NCBI GenBank assembly: GCA_050250895.1
Contig: JBFWNU010000002.1
Span: 631,659-695,658 of the forward strand
Reading direction: 5' to 3'
DNA from: Vulcanimicrobiota bacterium
GTDB taxonomy: Bacteria; Vulcanimicrobiota; Xenobia; Xenobiales; JADMJV01
DNA length: 64,000 nt
Part shown: positions 28,206 through 38,400 of the stretch, one piece after another
How the letters are laid out: every line of letters begins with the position of its first letter
Numbering within the stretch: position 1 is the first letter of the stretch
Translations under genes and position numbers: made by a program
The notes under the pieces: generated by a model
The model's input: the letters and a program-made list of their open reading frames with translations, nothing else
Databases searched by the model: none
Told to the model about the DNA's origin: nothing

Positions 28206-28958
28206 TTAGTCGCTGGAAGGGCCGTTGAACCCGGCGATGGCACCCATGCTGAAGTGGTCGCGGCTATTTCTGAGGGTGAAGTTGATGGCGTCCTGGGGGC
28301 TGCCACTGGTGTCCATCCTCACATAGTCCCGACCGATGGCCGTCATATGATCGTTGAACATTTTCTCGACCGCCTGGCTGCCGTGCTCAGCGGCAAGCCC
28401 GGCCAGGCCGTCCTTGCCCTGGACCAGGTCTTTGGTTTCGGGTGTGAAGCCGGCCGCGGGCATTCCGTACTGCCCCTCGCCGGGCATCACCGACTGGCTG
28501 AGACGGTTGAACAGCTCGCCTCGGCGCAGGTCCTCGGGAGTCTTCAGCTCGGAGCCGGCCTGAATTCTGTCGATGCTGGGAAGGTTGTTGCTTTCTTTGA
28601 AAGCTTGATTGGCCTGTTGCACCTGGGTCTGGCTCGGGTTGGCAAAACCTGCCGCCTCCAGCGCCCTTTCGGATTCACGGGTCAGGTTGCTACCGGCCTC
28701 GACCTTCTTTGTGGGCTTGACCCCACCGTCAGGGAGCGGCTCGGTTTTGCCGAGGCCGCGGGTTGTTCCACCCCACGATTTGAGTCCCTGAGCCACGGTG
28801 CTGCCTGCTTTGCTAGGTGACTCCGGGCGTTTGGGCGCAGCGGCGGGTCCGGCCGGCCGGGCTGGGGTGCTGCGAGCTGCGGCCGGGGCCGCTTTCTTGG
28901 CCGGCGCGGCTTTGCGGGCCGGCGCCGGGGGTTTTGCTGTCGTACTTCTTACTGCCAT
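28206..28958 (-). CDS. Hypothetical protein with Ala/Pro/Lys-rich N-terminus and LysM-like domain
   Basis: KKVEAGSNLT...NNLPSIDRIQAGSELKTP resembles LysM. GGAG RBS. Confidence 0.65.
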   Translation of the reverse strand: MAVRSTTAKPPAPARKAAPAKKAAPAAARSTPARPAGPAAAPKRPESPSKAGSTVAQGLKSWGGTTRGLGKTEPLPDGGVKPTKKVEAGSNLTRESERALEAAGFANPSQTQVQQANQAFKESNNLPSIDRIQAGSELKTPEDLRRGELFNRLSQSVMPGEGQYGMPAAGFTPETKDLVQGKDGLAGLAAEHGSQAVEKMFNDHMTAIGRDYVRMDTSGSPQDAINFTLRNSRDHFSMGAIAGFNGPSSD

Positions 28959-29033
28959 CTCTCCACACTACCTCCTCGCATGACAATAGGTTGCCGAGTT
29001 GGTACAGGACCTTGGAAAATTGTTGGAAAAGTG

Positions 29034-29624
29034 TTACAGGGTTGTAAAGGAGTTGTTTCTAGACATCGGCGTCCGGGCTCGAAAGGCCTTGACCTTGGCT
29101 AGTAGACGTTGCATGGTAGGCTCGCTGGCGAGCTGGGTGGCCTCTTCCAGGGAAAACCAGCCGAGGTCTTTGGACTCTTCGGTCTTCACCAGCTCGACCC
29201 GTGGGCTGGTGAAGAGGTAGCGCAGGTCGTAATGCCAGTGAAAGGGTACATCCGGCCGGGCCGGCACGGGTAGCACATCGACGTCGAACGGGACCGGTTC
29301 GAGCAGTTCGAGACAGGTGAGCCCGGCCTCTTCGGCCGCCTCGCGGCGGGCCACCTCGAGGGGGTCGGGATGACCGTCGCAGTGACCCCCCAGCTGGATC
29401 CACATGGCGAGCTTGGCGTGATGGGTAAGGGCGAGGTAGGAAAGGGTGGGATCGAGTACGACAGCGGAAGCCGTCAGGTGTCCCGGGGGGTGGCGGTGGA
29501 AGCATTCGGGAGTGGCTTCTACGAACTCCAGTATCTGGTGGAGGCGCTGGCTGTCGTCATACTGGTAGCCCGGACGGGTGGGTCGGTAGCGGGCCAGTTG
29601 CTCTAGCAGAAGGCGGCGATGCAA
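29034..29624 (-). CDS. Nudix hydrolase
   Basis: GHLTASA, GGHCDG...ARREAAEEAG Nudix box, HYDLRY. Confidence 0.9.
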   Translation of the reverse strand: MHRRLLLEQLARYRPTRPGYQYDDSQRLHQILEFVEATPECFHRHPPGHLTASAVVLDPTLSYLALTHHAKLAMWIQLGGHCDGHPDPLEVARREAAEEAGLTCLELLEPVPFDVDVLPVPARPDVPFHWHYDLRYLFTSPRVELVKTEESKDLGWFSLEEATQLASEPTMQRLLAKVKAFRARTPMSRNNSFTTL

Positions 29625-29627
29625 AAG

Positions 29628-30197
29628 CTAGCCCACCTCCTCCATCTCCCAGGAGAGGATTCGGATCATCCGTTGGAGGGTCCGCTCGAGACAACCTTGC
29701 CGGTTGGGTATGACATAGTCATAAAAGGGTGTGAACTCGAGGGCCTGGCGTGCGTTTTCAACCCTTTCGGCGATCTGGGCATGGCTGTGCGCCCCCCGGG
29801 CTTTGAGGCGCGACTCGAGTTCGTCGGGAGGCGTGATCAGGAAGAAGGCCACACTGGCTGGCCAACATTTGCGAGCCATGCCCACCGTACCCAGATCGAT
29901 CATGGCCAGGGCGTGTTGGCCGTCGTGGACCCTTGCGTCGACAGGCTGGCGCGGTAGGGCGTAACTCATGCCGAATTCGAACTTGCGATAGGCCGCGAAT
30001 TCGCCCCGGGCTAATCGGGCCTCGAAGTCGTGGGCGTCGATGAATTGATAGTCGCTGCCCGATTCGCCGTCGCGCCGAGACCGGGTGGTAACCCGCTGGC
30101 AGAAGCCCAGTCGCTCTCCGAAGTGCTCTAGAAGAGCTTGTGTGATGGTTGTTTTACCCGCCCCCGAAGGACCGTCGAGAAGAAAGATGCCGGCCAT
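29628..30197 (-). CDS. Guanylate kinase-like protein
   Basis: GPSGAGKTT, TTR..R.GE..DY.F, L..RL..RG, YDYVI.N. Confidence 0.85.
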   Translation of the reverse strand: MAGIFLLDGPSGAGKTTITQALLEHFGERLGFCQRVTTRSRRDGESGSDYQFIDAHDFEARLARGEFAAYRKFEFGMSYALPRQPVDARVHDGQHALAMIDLGTVGMARKCWPASVAFFLITPPDELESRLKARGAHSHAQIAERVENARQALEFTPFYDYVIPNRQGCLERTLQRMIRILSWEMEEVG

Positions 30198-30244
30198 CCC
30201 CGTTGCTTCGCAGGACCGGCGCGAAATCCCGCCAAGGCGCGCTT

Positions 30245-30799
30245 ATGGATCGCTTACTGGAGCACACCCGGCGCGAGGCCCGCTATCTGGGCGAAGGCAT
30301 CGTCCTGGTGGATAGTTTTCTCAATCATCAGGTCGAGCCCGAGTTGATGAGCCTGATGGGACGGCTGCTGGCCCTCGGCTTCGAAGGGGTCGACCGCGTG
30401 CTGACGGCCGAGACCAGCGGCCTGCTGCCTGCCTTTGCGGCCGCTCAGGCGCTGGGGGTACCCATGGTGTTCGCCCGCAAGCGCCGGCTCAAGAACCTGA
30501 CCGACGAGGTGCTGGGAGTCGACGTTCTCAGTCGCACCGCGGGAGAGACCTTTCGACTTTCGGTGTCCCGTCGTTATCTGCCTGAGGGCGAGCGGGTGTT
30601 GGTGGTGGATGACTTCCTGGCCCGGGGCAACACCCTGGTGGGCCTGCTCGAACTGTGCCACCAGGCCCGGGTCGAGGTGGCCGGCCTGGCGGTGGTGTTC
30701 GAGAAGCCCTTCGAAGGCGGCCGCGAGAAGCTGGGAGGTGTCGAGGTGCGCTCGCTGATCACGATCGAGCTCGACGGCGACGAGGTCGTGTTTCGGTAG
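30245..30799 (+). CDS. xpt: Xanthine phosphoribosyltransferase-like protein
   Basis: VDSFLNHQVEP, TAETSG, FARK, VVDDFLARG PRPP motif, EK.FEGGR. Confidence 0.85.
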   Translation: MDRLLEHTRREARYLGEGIVLVDSFLNHQVEPELMSLMGRLLALGFEGVDRVLTAETSGLLPAFAAAQALGVPMVFARKRRLKNLTDEVLGVDVLSRTAGETFRLSVSRRYLPEGERVLVVDDFLARGNTLVGLLELCHQARVEVAGLAVVFEKPFEGGREKLGGVEVRSLITIELDGDEVVFR

Positions 30800-30851
30800 G
30801 AACCCACCTGGAATGCCTCGTATTAGTGGCAAACTCTTCAAGGGGGGTTTC

Positions 30852-31454
30852 GTGACCACAACCCAACGACTGGCAGACTTCGTTCGCCCTACCGTTTTCG
30901 GCAGGTTTCGCATGGTGAGCTATAACCATGGCGGAAATTTCGCCTTCGCGGCCATTCAGGGCGAACTACCGGTGGATCATCTGCCGGTGCGGGTCCAGTC
31001 GGCCTGTCTGTTTGGCGAGTCGTTGGGGGTCAATTCGTGTGATTGCGCTGCCCAACTTCACGAGGCGATGCGTCTGGCTGCCCAGGCCCCCCATTTTCTG
31101 GTCATTCATCTACCCGGCCATGAGGGACGGGGATTGGGCATGTTCCAGAAGATCAAGGCGGTCGAGGAAGAGGCCGTGGCCGGCGTGGACATGATCGAGG
31201 CGTTTCATCGCCTGGGCCTGCCTCTGGATTTGCGCGACTACAAAGTGGCTGCCGACATCATCCGCGATCTCAACGGCGAGCGACCCATTCGGCTGTACAC
31301 CAACAATCCCAAGAAGGTTCACGGCCTCGAAGAGCACGGGTTGACCATTAGCGAGCGGGTGCCGCTGCTGGTCGAGCCGCCCAACGACGAGTGCCGGCGC
31401 TATCTCAACAGCAAGCGTGAAGGAATGGGGCACCTGCTTCCCCAGCTTGGCTGA
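30852..31454 (+). CDS. GTP cyclohydrolase II family protein (divergent RibA); start may be 30813
   Basis: RVQSAC...SCDC zinc cysteines, EGRG, DLRDY, TNNPKK, YL..K..MGHLL. Confidence 0.88.
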   Translation: MTTTQRLADFVRPTVFGRFRMVSYNHGGNFAFAAIQGELPVDHLPVRVQSACLFGESLGVNSCDCAAQLHEAMRLAAQAPHFLVIHLPGHEGRGLGMFQKIKAVEEEAVAGVDMIEAFHRLGLPLDLRDYKVAADIIRDLNGERPIRLYTNNPKKVHGLEEHGLTISERVPLLVEPPNDECRRYLNSKREGMGHLLPQLG

Positions 31455-31459
31455 AGGCC

Positions 31460-34400
31460 TTGCCAGGCCCTGAAACCAGTCAGCTACGCACCATCCTGAC
31501 TGCCGACCTGGCCGGCTTCTCGAGCCGCCTTTCCACCGACGAAGCCGCTATCATCCGCTTGCTGGTCGACTCTTATTATCGGCTGGCGGAACGGGCTGTC
31601 GACTCCAACGGCGGAGAGCTCTTTCGTAAGGAGGGCGACGCTGTCTGGTGCAGTTTCTCCAGTGCCCGGGGGGCGGTGCAGGCGGCCATCGAGCTGCAAA
31701 TGGGTGCGCTGACCCACAATCGCGGCCGCGGAGCCGACAATCCCATGCACCTGAGGGTAGGCGTTCATCTGGGCGAGGTGGTGGTCACACCGGACGGCGA
31801 GATTCTGGGTCACACGCTTTCAGTGGCCAAACGACTCGAGACGGCTTGCGAGGTCGACGCCGTCCATCTTTCCGAGTCGGTGTACGCGCAGCTGGCGGGT
31901 TTGGACCTGGCTTTCGACTTCGAAGATCAGGGCGTGATCGACCTCAAGGGTGTGGGTCCTATCCGTACTTTTCTGGGTCGACCCAAGCACCGAACGACAG
32001 CCCCAGAGCCTGGCGGACACCTGGTGCTGGCCGCTCTGCTCGACACCCTCGAGCCCACCCGTCGCACCGAGTGGGAACGGGCCATGCTGGCCCTGGCCAC
32101 CCGTCTGGCGGGGTGGTGGAAAGTGGCTGAGAACGAGGTCGGCTTTCTGGTTCTGCCGGCGTCAGCCTGGCTCGAGCTGGCCGCCTATCTTGAGTGGGCT
32201 CCGCGCTGTGGTCTGGCTCTGGGGCCGGCGATGGTGCTCGAGCAAGAACTCTACGGCGCCGCGGTCGAGGAGGCTTTGAGCGCCCTCGAGTCGGGCTTTC
32301 AACCCGATTTGGTCGTGATGTCAGGTGAGGCCGCCGAGTTGGCCTGGCCGCCCTCCGGCCATTTTCGTCGCACCAGCTGCATCAGCGCTTTTGACGGTCA
32401 GAGCTTGCTCGACCTGGCTCAGGGAGGACCGCCGCTGGCCGCCGAAGCGAGCCGGTTGACCGCCGAACTCGAGTTGGAGCTGCCCAGCAGAACCCTTTTC
32501 CTGGGGGGATTTGAACCGCCCCGCTCGGGCCAGGTCGAGGGTTTGCGCCAAGCCCTGGCAGCCTCGCCGCTACAGCCCCGAGAGCTGGTCGGTCATCCTG
32601 GCTGGGGCCCTTCGGTGACGGCGGTGACCAGCCCGGAAGAACTCAAAACCTGGTTGGTGGGACGCCATCGCGCCGATCATCTGGCCGTGCTCTCGGAGGC
32701 TCTGGCCAACCAGACCCTGTCGCTGGTCTGCGCTGCCCTGGCCGGTGGAGAAGGGCCGGCTCTGGCCGAAGCCCTCGACCAGTGGAGCGGCCTCGCGCTT
32801 GAGGGAAGCCTGCCGGCTCGACTGGAAGAAGCCGAAGATGAACTCGGTCGCCAGGCCCTCGAAGTGGGTCTGCGCGATTGGCTAACGCAGTTACCGCCGG
32901 GGCGGTTGGAAGGATTGGTAGGCCGGGTGCCCCGGGAACGGGTGATCTGCCTGTTTCCCGACCCCCGCCTGGGCGAGTGCGAGTGGACTCTCACCGAGTC
33001 GGATTGGGACGAGCGCGGGGCCGAGCTCATCCGCCTCAACCGCGAACAGCAGCAGCGCCTGGCGGCGCAGCCGCTCTTGCTGGTCGCCTCGGCGGGCTTT
33101 GAAGAGCCGCTGCGGGTGTTCTATCGGCAGTTGCGCCTGCGCTGTCCGGCGACTCCCCAGCAGCTGACCGTGCTGGCCCTGGAAGAGGTCAGTCCGGGCC
33201 TGGCCAACTGGTGGGAGCGGCGCCAGGTGAAGGTTCTGGTCGAGGATTTCGCCGAGCTCGAGCGTCGCTTGCTCGAGGCCGCGCCTCGGCCATCGGGCGA
33301 GATTCCTCGCCGGCGGGCCCGCTCTCCCGAGCGACCTTACAAGTTTCTAGACTATTTCGATCCTGAAGACCGCAGCATCTTCTTCGGGCGCGAGAGTGAA
33401 ACCGAGCAACTCTATTCGCTCTTGTTGACGCGGCCGGTCTGCCTGCTGCACGGTCGCTCGGGCGTGGGCAAGACTTCGCTCCTGCAGGCCGGCGTGCTGG
33501 CGCGCCTGCCGCGCCCTCAGAACCTGGTGCTGGTGGTTCGCTGTCTCACCGAACCGGTGAGACTCATCCTGTCTGAACTCGAGCCGCTGGTGGGAGCCCG
33601 GACCAGCCTGCTCGAGGCCTTCGAGGCCGCGGTGGAGGTCATCTCTGGGCAACTGGTGATCGTGTTGGACCAGTTCGAAGAGTTCTTTGTTCGGCTCGAC
33701 CGCCAGTCCCGCACGCCGTTCTTCGAACAGATGGCCAGCCTGGTCACGCGGATGCCCGGCCGGTGCCATCTGGTGTTCTCGATGCGCGAGGACTTCCTGG
33801 CCGAGATGGCCGACTTCGAGCCCTATTTTCCGACCATCCTGGATCACCGTTTCCGGTTGCGTTCACTGGGTGAAGAACAGGCTCGTCGGGCCATTATCGG
33901 CCCGGCCGAACTGTTTGGACTCGAGGTCGAGCCCGCCCTGGTCGAGCGGTTGCTGAGCGAGCTCTTTCGTCAGGGGGTCGAGCCACCCGAGCTGCAGATC
34001 GTGCTCGACCGTCTCTATGAAACCCGCCAGGGGAGTCGCCTGGATCTCGAGGCCTACGACCGTCTGGGTGGAGTGCGTAGCATTCTCGTCGATTATCTCC
34101 ACACCACTCTCAGCAATCTGGCCGCCGAGGGTGTCGAGCTACCTTTCGTGCGCAGATTGCTCGAGCAGATGGTCACCGAGCGCGGCACCAAGGCGGTGAT
34201 GCGCATCGAGGAGCTGGTCGAGCGTTTGGGGCAACCCCTCGAGCTGGTCCAGCAGACGCTGCTCTCGTTGGTGGCCAGTCGCCTGGTGCGGGCCCTGGCC
34301 GACGACCAGGGCGGTCAATACGAATTGGCTCACGAGTACATCATCGCGGAAGTGATCGGTTGGGCCTCACAAGAAGAGCTGGCAGTTCGGCACGCTCGCC

Positions 34401-35470
34401 AGGTCTTGCGAGCCGAACTCGAGAGCTGGCAGACCATGGGCAGCTTGCTCAGTGCCGAACGTCTCAATCTGATCGCGCGTGAGCGGTCGCGTCTGGACTT
34501 TTCGCCTGAGGAGCGGGACCTGGTGGTGCGCGCGGCGGCGATCCACGGCTTCGAGTTGGGCCAATGGACCGATCAGCGGGACCGCGAGGTGCTGGCCAGC
34601 CTGCTGACCGAGGGCCACCCCTCCGGTCCGGTGGCGCGGGCCCTCGTGGCTCGTCTTTATGAACTCGATCCGGGCGATCGCCTGAGCCAGGTGATCGCCC
34701 TGGCTTGCCGCCGGTTCGGCAACCCGAATTTGATGGACCAGCTCGACCCCGGTAGAAGTCCGGCCCTTCATCAGACTCTTCAGGCGGCAACTAGAGAGAG
34801 GTTCTTTGGTCCCGAGAAAATGGTGAGGGTGGCCGCGGGCGATTTCTTGATGGGCAGTACGTCGGCGAACAAAGAGGCGCGCAAGCAGGCTTTGCGGCCC
34901 GACCAGCGGCCGGCCATCGAGAGTGAATCCGAGCTAGCCCCCGTCTGGTTGGCCGAGTTCCACCTCGACCGTCACCCGGTCACCAACGCCGAATTCGCCG
35001 AGTTTCGCGCCGAGCATGCCCATCGATTTCGCCCCGAACACGCGGACCACCCGGCGGTGTTCGTCAGCTGGTTTGACGCTGTGGCTTATGCCGAATGGCT
35101 GGGCAAGCGCCTGCCCAGCGAAGCCGAGTGGGAAAAGGCCGCGCGAGGTGATGACGGACGGTTGTTTCCGTGGGGCGACCGGTTCGAGGCCCACCGGGTC
35201 AACTCGGCCGAGGGCGGGCGCCAGGCTACCAGCGCGGTGGGAAGCTTTCCTAACGGGGCCAGTCCCTTTGGCTGCCAGGATATGGTCGGGAATGTTTGGG
35301 AGTGGACGGCCAGTGCCTGGAAGGAAGGCGCTCCGTTCAAGACCCAGAAGGGCGGCAGCACGGTCTGCTATCAAGCCCAGCTGCACTGCTCGACCCGCCT
35401 CGAGAGCTTTCCCGACTTCATCCAACAGTGGGTGGGATTTCGCACAGCCTGGGATGGAGGAGCGCCTTGA
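31460..35470 (+). CDS. Class III nucleotide cyclase + cyclase-like + SIR2-like + nSTAND1 NTPase + FGE-sulfatase protein (paralogue A)
   Basis: TADLAGFS, EGDAV, LRVGVHLGEV. PYKFL..F...D..IFFGRE, GRSGVGKTS, VLDQFEE, REDFL, YELAHE. LPSEAEWEKAARG, DMVGNVWEW. Confidence 0.9.
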   Translation: MPGPETSQLRTILTADLAGFSSRLSTDEAAIIRLLVDSYYRLAERAVDSNGGELFRKEGDAVWCSFSSARGAVQAAIELQMGALTHNRGRGADNPMHLRVGVHLGEVVVTPDGEILGHTLSVAKRLETACEVDAVHLSESVYAQLAGLDLAFDFEDQGVIDLKGVGPIRTFLGRPKHRTTAPEPGGHLVLAALLDTLEPTRRTEWERAMLALATRLAGWWKVAENEVGFLVLPASAWLELAAYLEWAPRCGLALGPAMVLEQELYGAAVEEALSALESGFQPDLVVMSGEAAELAWPPSGHFRRTSCISAFDGQSLLDLAQGGPPLAAEASRLTAELELELPSRTLFLGGFEPPRSGQVEGLRQALAASPLQPRELVGHPGWGPSVTAVTSPEELKTWLVGRHRADHLAVLSEALANQTLSLVCAALAGGEGPALAEALDQWSGLALEGSLPARLEEAEDELGRQALEVGLRDWLTQLPPGRLEGLVGRVPRERVICLFPDPRLGECEWTLTESDWDERGAELIRLNREQQQRLAAQPLLLVASAGFEEPLRVFYRQLRLRCPATPQQLTVLALEEVSPGLANWWERRQVKVLVEDFAELERRLLEAAPRPSGEIPRRRARSPERPYKFLDYFDPEDRSIFFGRESETEQLYSLLLTRPVCLLHGRSGVGKTSLLQAGVLARLPRPQNLVLVVRCLTEPVRLILSELEPLVGARTSLLEAFEAAVEVISGQLVIVLDQFEEFFVRLDRQSRTPFFEQMASLVTRMPGRCHLVFSMREDFLAEMADFEPYFPTILDHRFRLRSLGEEQARRAIIGPAELFGLEVEPALVERLLSELFRQGVEPPELQIVLDRLYETRQGSRLDLEAYDRLGGVRSILVDYLHTTLSNLAAEGVELPFVRRLLEQMVTERGTKAVMRIEELVERLGQPLELVQQTLLSLVASRLVRALADDQGGQYELAHEYIIAEVIGWASQEELAVRHARQVLRAELESWQTMGSLLSAERLNLIARERSRLDFSPEERDLVVRAAAIHGFELGQWTDQRDREVLASLLTEGHPSGPVARALVARLYELDPGDRLSQVIALACRRFGNPNLMDQLDPGRSPALHQTLQAATRERFFGPEKMVRVAAGDFLMGSTSANKEARKQALRPDQRPAIESESELAPVWLAEFHLDRHPVTNAEFAEFRAEHAHRFRPEHADHPAVFVSWFDAVAYAEWLGKRLPSEAEWEKAARGDDGRLFPWGDRFEAHRVNSAEGGRQATSAVGSFPNGASPFGCQDMVGNVWEWTASAWKEGAPFKTQKGGSTVCYQAQLHCSTRLESFPDFIQQWVGFRTAWDGGAP

Positions 35471-38400
35471 CCGAACTTCGTCTGGTATTGGTCGGTCGGG
35501 CCGGGCCGAGCCTGGCGGCGCTGGCTGTGGATAGTCTGGGTCGGGCGATGGCCACGATCTTGGCCGAGCAACCCCATCAGTTCGACGGCGACGGGCGTTT
35601 GCGAGCCACCTTTTCGAGTCTGGCCCCCGCTCTGCGCGATGTGGCTCGCTTGCTCGAAGAGATGAGCCTGCTGGAAGCCGCCTTCGACACTAGCTTCGAT
35701 TACGCCATGGCCCTGCATCTGGGGGATGTCAGCCAGGATGATCCTTTGACCGGACCGGCCGTCGACTTTGCCGTGCAGCTGCTGGATGGGACTCGGCCCG
35801 GCCACGTGCGCCTGGCCCCCTCGGTCCTCACCCAGGTTGCCTCACGACCCACCGCCTTGACCATCGAAGACGGTCAGGCCCGGCTGGATCGCGAGCGCCG
35901 CCAACAGTTGGTCGCGGGCGGTCAGGCTCGCCACGCTCCTCGCTTTGTGTTGGGCTGGACCGGCAACCAGCTAGAGCCGGATCGGCAGCTGTTCGAGTGG
36001 ACCCGAGCCCAGGGCGGCGAGGTGTTGCATTGGGGTGAGGAGGCCCGTCTGGCTATCGTGCCGCCTCGGGCCCAGGTGGCCGAGATCTTGCCTCGGCTCA
36101 AGGGACTGCGAGCCGCACTAGGGGTCGGAGAATTGGTGCCCCAACCCTCAGGGGAGGTGAGCGGGTTAGTGGTGGAGCAAGTGCTGGAGAGCCTGTTCGA
36201 GTCAGGCTTCGAGCCTGATCTGGTGCTCCTGACCGAGGCTGCCGCCCGCGCCCTGGGGGAGCTCAGTCTCGAGCCCTTCGGCCCCTCCGGCGGCCGGCTG
36301 GCGGTTCCCCTCTATCGATACTGCCCCTCGCCCGGGTCTTTACGGGCCAGCCATCGACCCCGGCGCGTCTCCTTGCCCGGACCGATCGATGTGGTGGTGG
36401 GGGTCGAGCCGGCCGAGCCTGGTCCCTTCGAACAACGCCTCTGCCGCTTCGAGCCGGCCTTCGCCCACCATCGACTGGTGCGGTCGAGCAACTGTCCAGA
36501 CCAGGCCGAGCTGGGCGTGGCCCTGGCTGCGGTCGCCTCTATGCGCGGGCTGAGCCTGCCCCCTCGATTGATCGAACCGGGCGAGCTGGACCAGCTCGAA
36601 GAGCTGCTAACCGGTCTGTCGGGTGATGGACCCGAAGCCCGCCTGCGAGGGCGCTTGACGGTGGTCGTGGCCGGCCCGTTGGGGGGGGAGAATCCTTTCG
36701 GCGACGGTGAGTGGGCACTGGCCGCCCAGAGCCTGGAAGAGGACGGGGGTCGGGACGCACTCCTGGCAGCTTATCGGAACTGGTGCCGAGAGCTTTCTCG
36801 ACCCGAATGGGTCCCCTGGCTCGAGGGGGCCGAGCTGGTGATCAGTCTCTTTCCCGACCCGCGTCTTGACGAACTCGAAGGTCCTCGGGTAATCCAACTG
36901 GCCGACGACCCTCTGTTGTTGACCGACAGCGACGCCGACCAGTGGCTGGCCGCCTTACCACAGCGGCTGGCTGGGGTGGCCGATGAGCTGGTGGGCCAAC
37001 CGTGTCTGCTGTTGGGACAGAGCCACAGCTTGTCGGGGCTCAAAGCGTTCTTTCGCCAGTTTCGCCTGCTGTATGGCGAGATCGAGTGCTTGGCCACCCT
37101 GCCGCCCGGCGAGGCTCGCTGGTGGCAACGTCGAGGGGTGGAGGTGGTGGGGGAGTCGCCTGCCGAGCTGGTAGCCCGCTTGGGGCCGCTCTCCGAGCCG
37201 GCGCTGGCCGGGCCGTCGGGCCGCCTGCTGGCTACTCCCGACCGGCCGTATAAGTTCCTCAGTTATTTCGAGGCCCAGGATCGAGCCATCTTTTTTGGCC
37301 GTGAAGCCGAGGTGGTCGAGCTCTCGCGCCGCGTTTTGCGCGAGCCCCTGCTGGTCATCTTTGGCCGCTCGGGCGTGGGTAAGACTTCGCTCTTGCGGGC
37401 TGGTGTACTGGTCGAATTGGGTCCGCCCCGCGACCTGAATCTCTATCTGCGCCCTTTGCGCGACCCTCTAGCTACTTTGTTGGCTCAGCTGGGAGCTCCC
37501 GAGCAGAGTCTGGTCCAGGCCATGGCCACGGCCACGGCCCGCTTATCGGGTCATCTGACTGTGGTTTTCGACCAGTTCGAAGAGTTCTTCGTGCACTGCC
37601 CGCCCGAGGTCCGCACCCGCTTCATCGCAGAGGTGGCCGGCTTCGTGGCCACGCCGCCCCCGCGGGCTCATCTGGTCTTCTCGATGCGAGAAGACTTTCT
37701 GGCCGAGATGTCCGAGTTCGAGGAGCATCTTCCCAGCGTGCTCGACAATCGATTCCGGGTGCGCGCTCTGGAGCGAGAACAGGCCCGCCAGGCGATCGTG
37801 GGGCCGGCCAGGCTGTTCGGTCTTGAATGGCAGCCAGAGCTGGTCGAGCTTTTGCTCGACAAGATCGACGATGACGGGGTCGATCCTCCCGAACTGCAGA
37901 TTGTCTGTGACCGTCTCTTCGAGGCCCGTCAGGGCAATCGGATCGACCTGGCCCTCTACGAGCAGATGGGGGGGATTCGGGCCGTGCTGGTGGGTTATCT
38001 CGAGACCACCCTGACTACCCTCGGTAGCGACATTCAATCGGCCCGTCGTCTGCTCAAAGCCATGGTGACCGCCCGCGGGACGAAAGCGGTGCTCGGCCTC
38101 TCCGAGCTCGCCCAGCGACTGGGCCAGCCCCCGGACCAGCTGGCCCAACTGCTCGAGGGTCTGGTCCAGGCTCGCCTGGTGCGGGCGCTATCGGACCAGG
38201 GTCAGGCGAGTTTCGAGCTGGCCCACGAGTACATCATCGAAGAGGTGGTCGGCTGGACCTCGGCCAACGAACTGGCCTTGCTACACGCCCGCCAGGTGCT
38301 CGACTCCGAACTGCTGGCGTGGCAACGCGACCGCAGCCTGCTGCCCTTGGACCGGTTGGCGGTCATCAAGCCTCACCTCCAGCTGCTCGAACCCGGTCCT

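Noticed and set aside
35296-35466. Longer start for STAND paralogue B, and similarly 39602 for the decarboxylase and 5632 for the M28 peptidase
   Set aside because: The extensions overlap upstream genes. Coupled starts at the stop-codon overlaps fit better.
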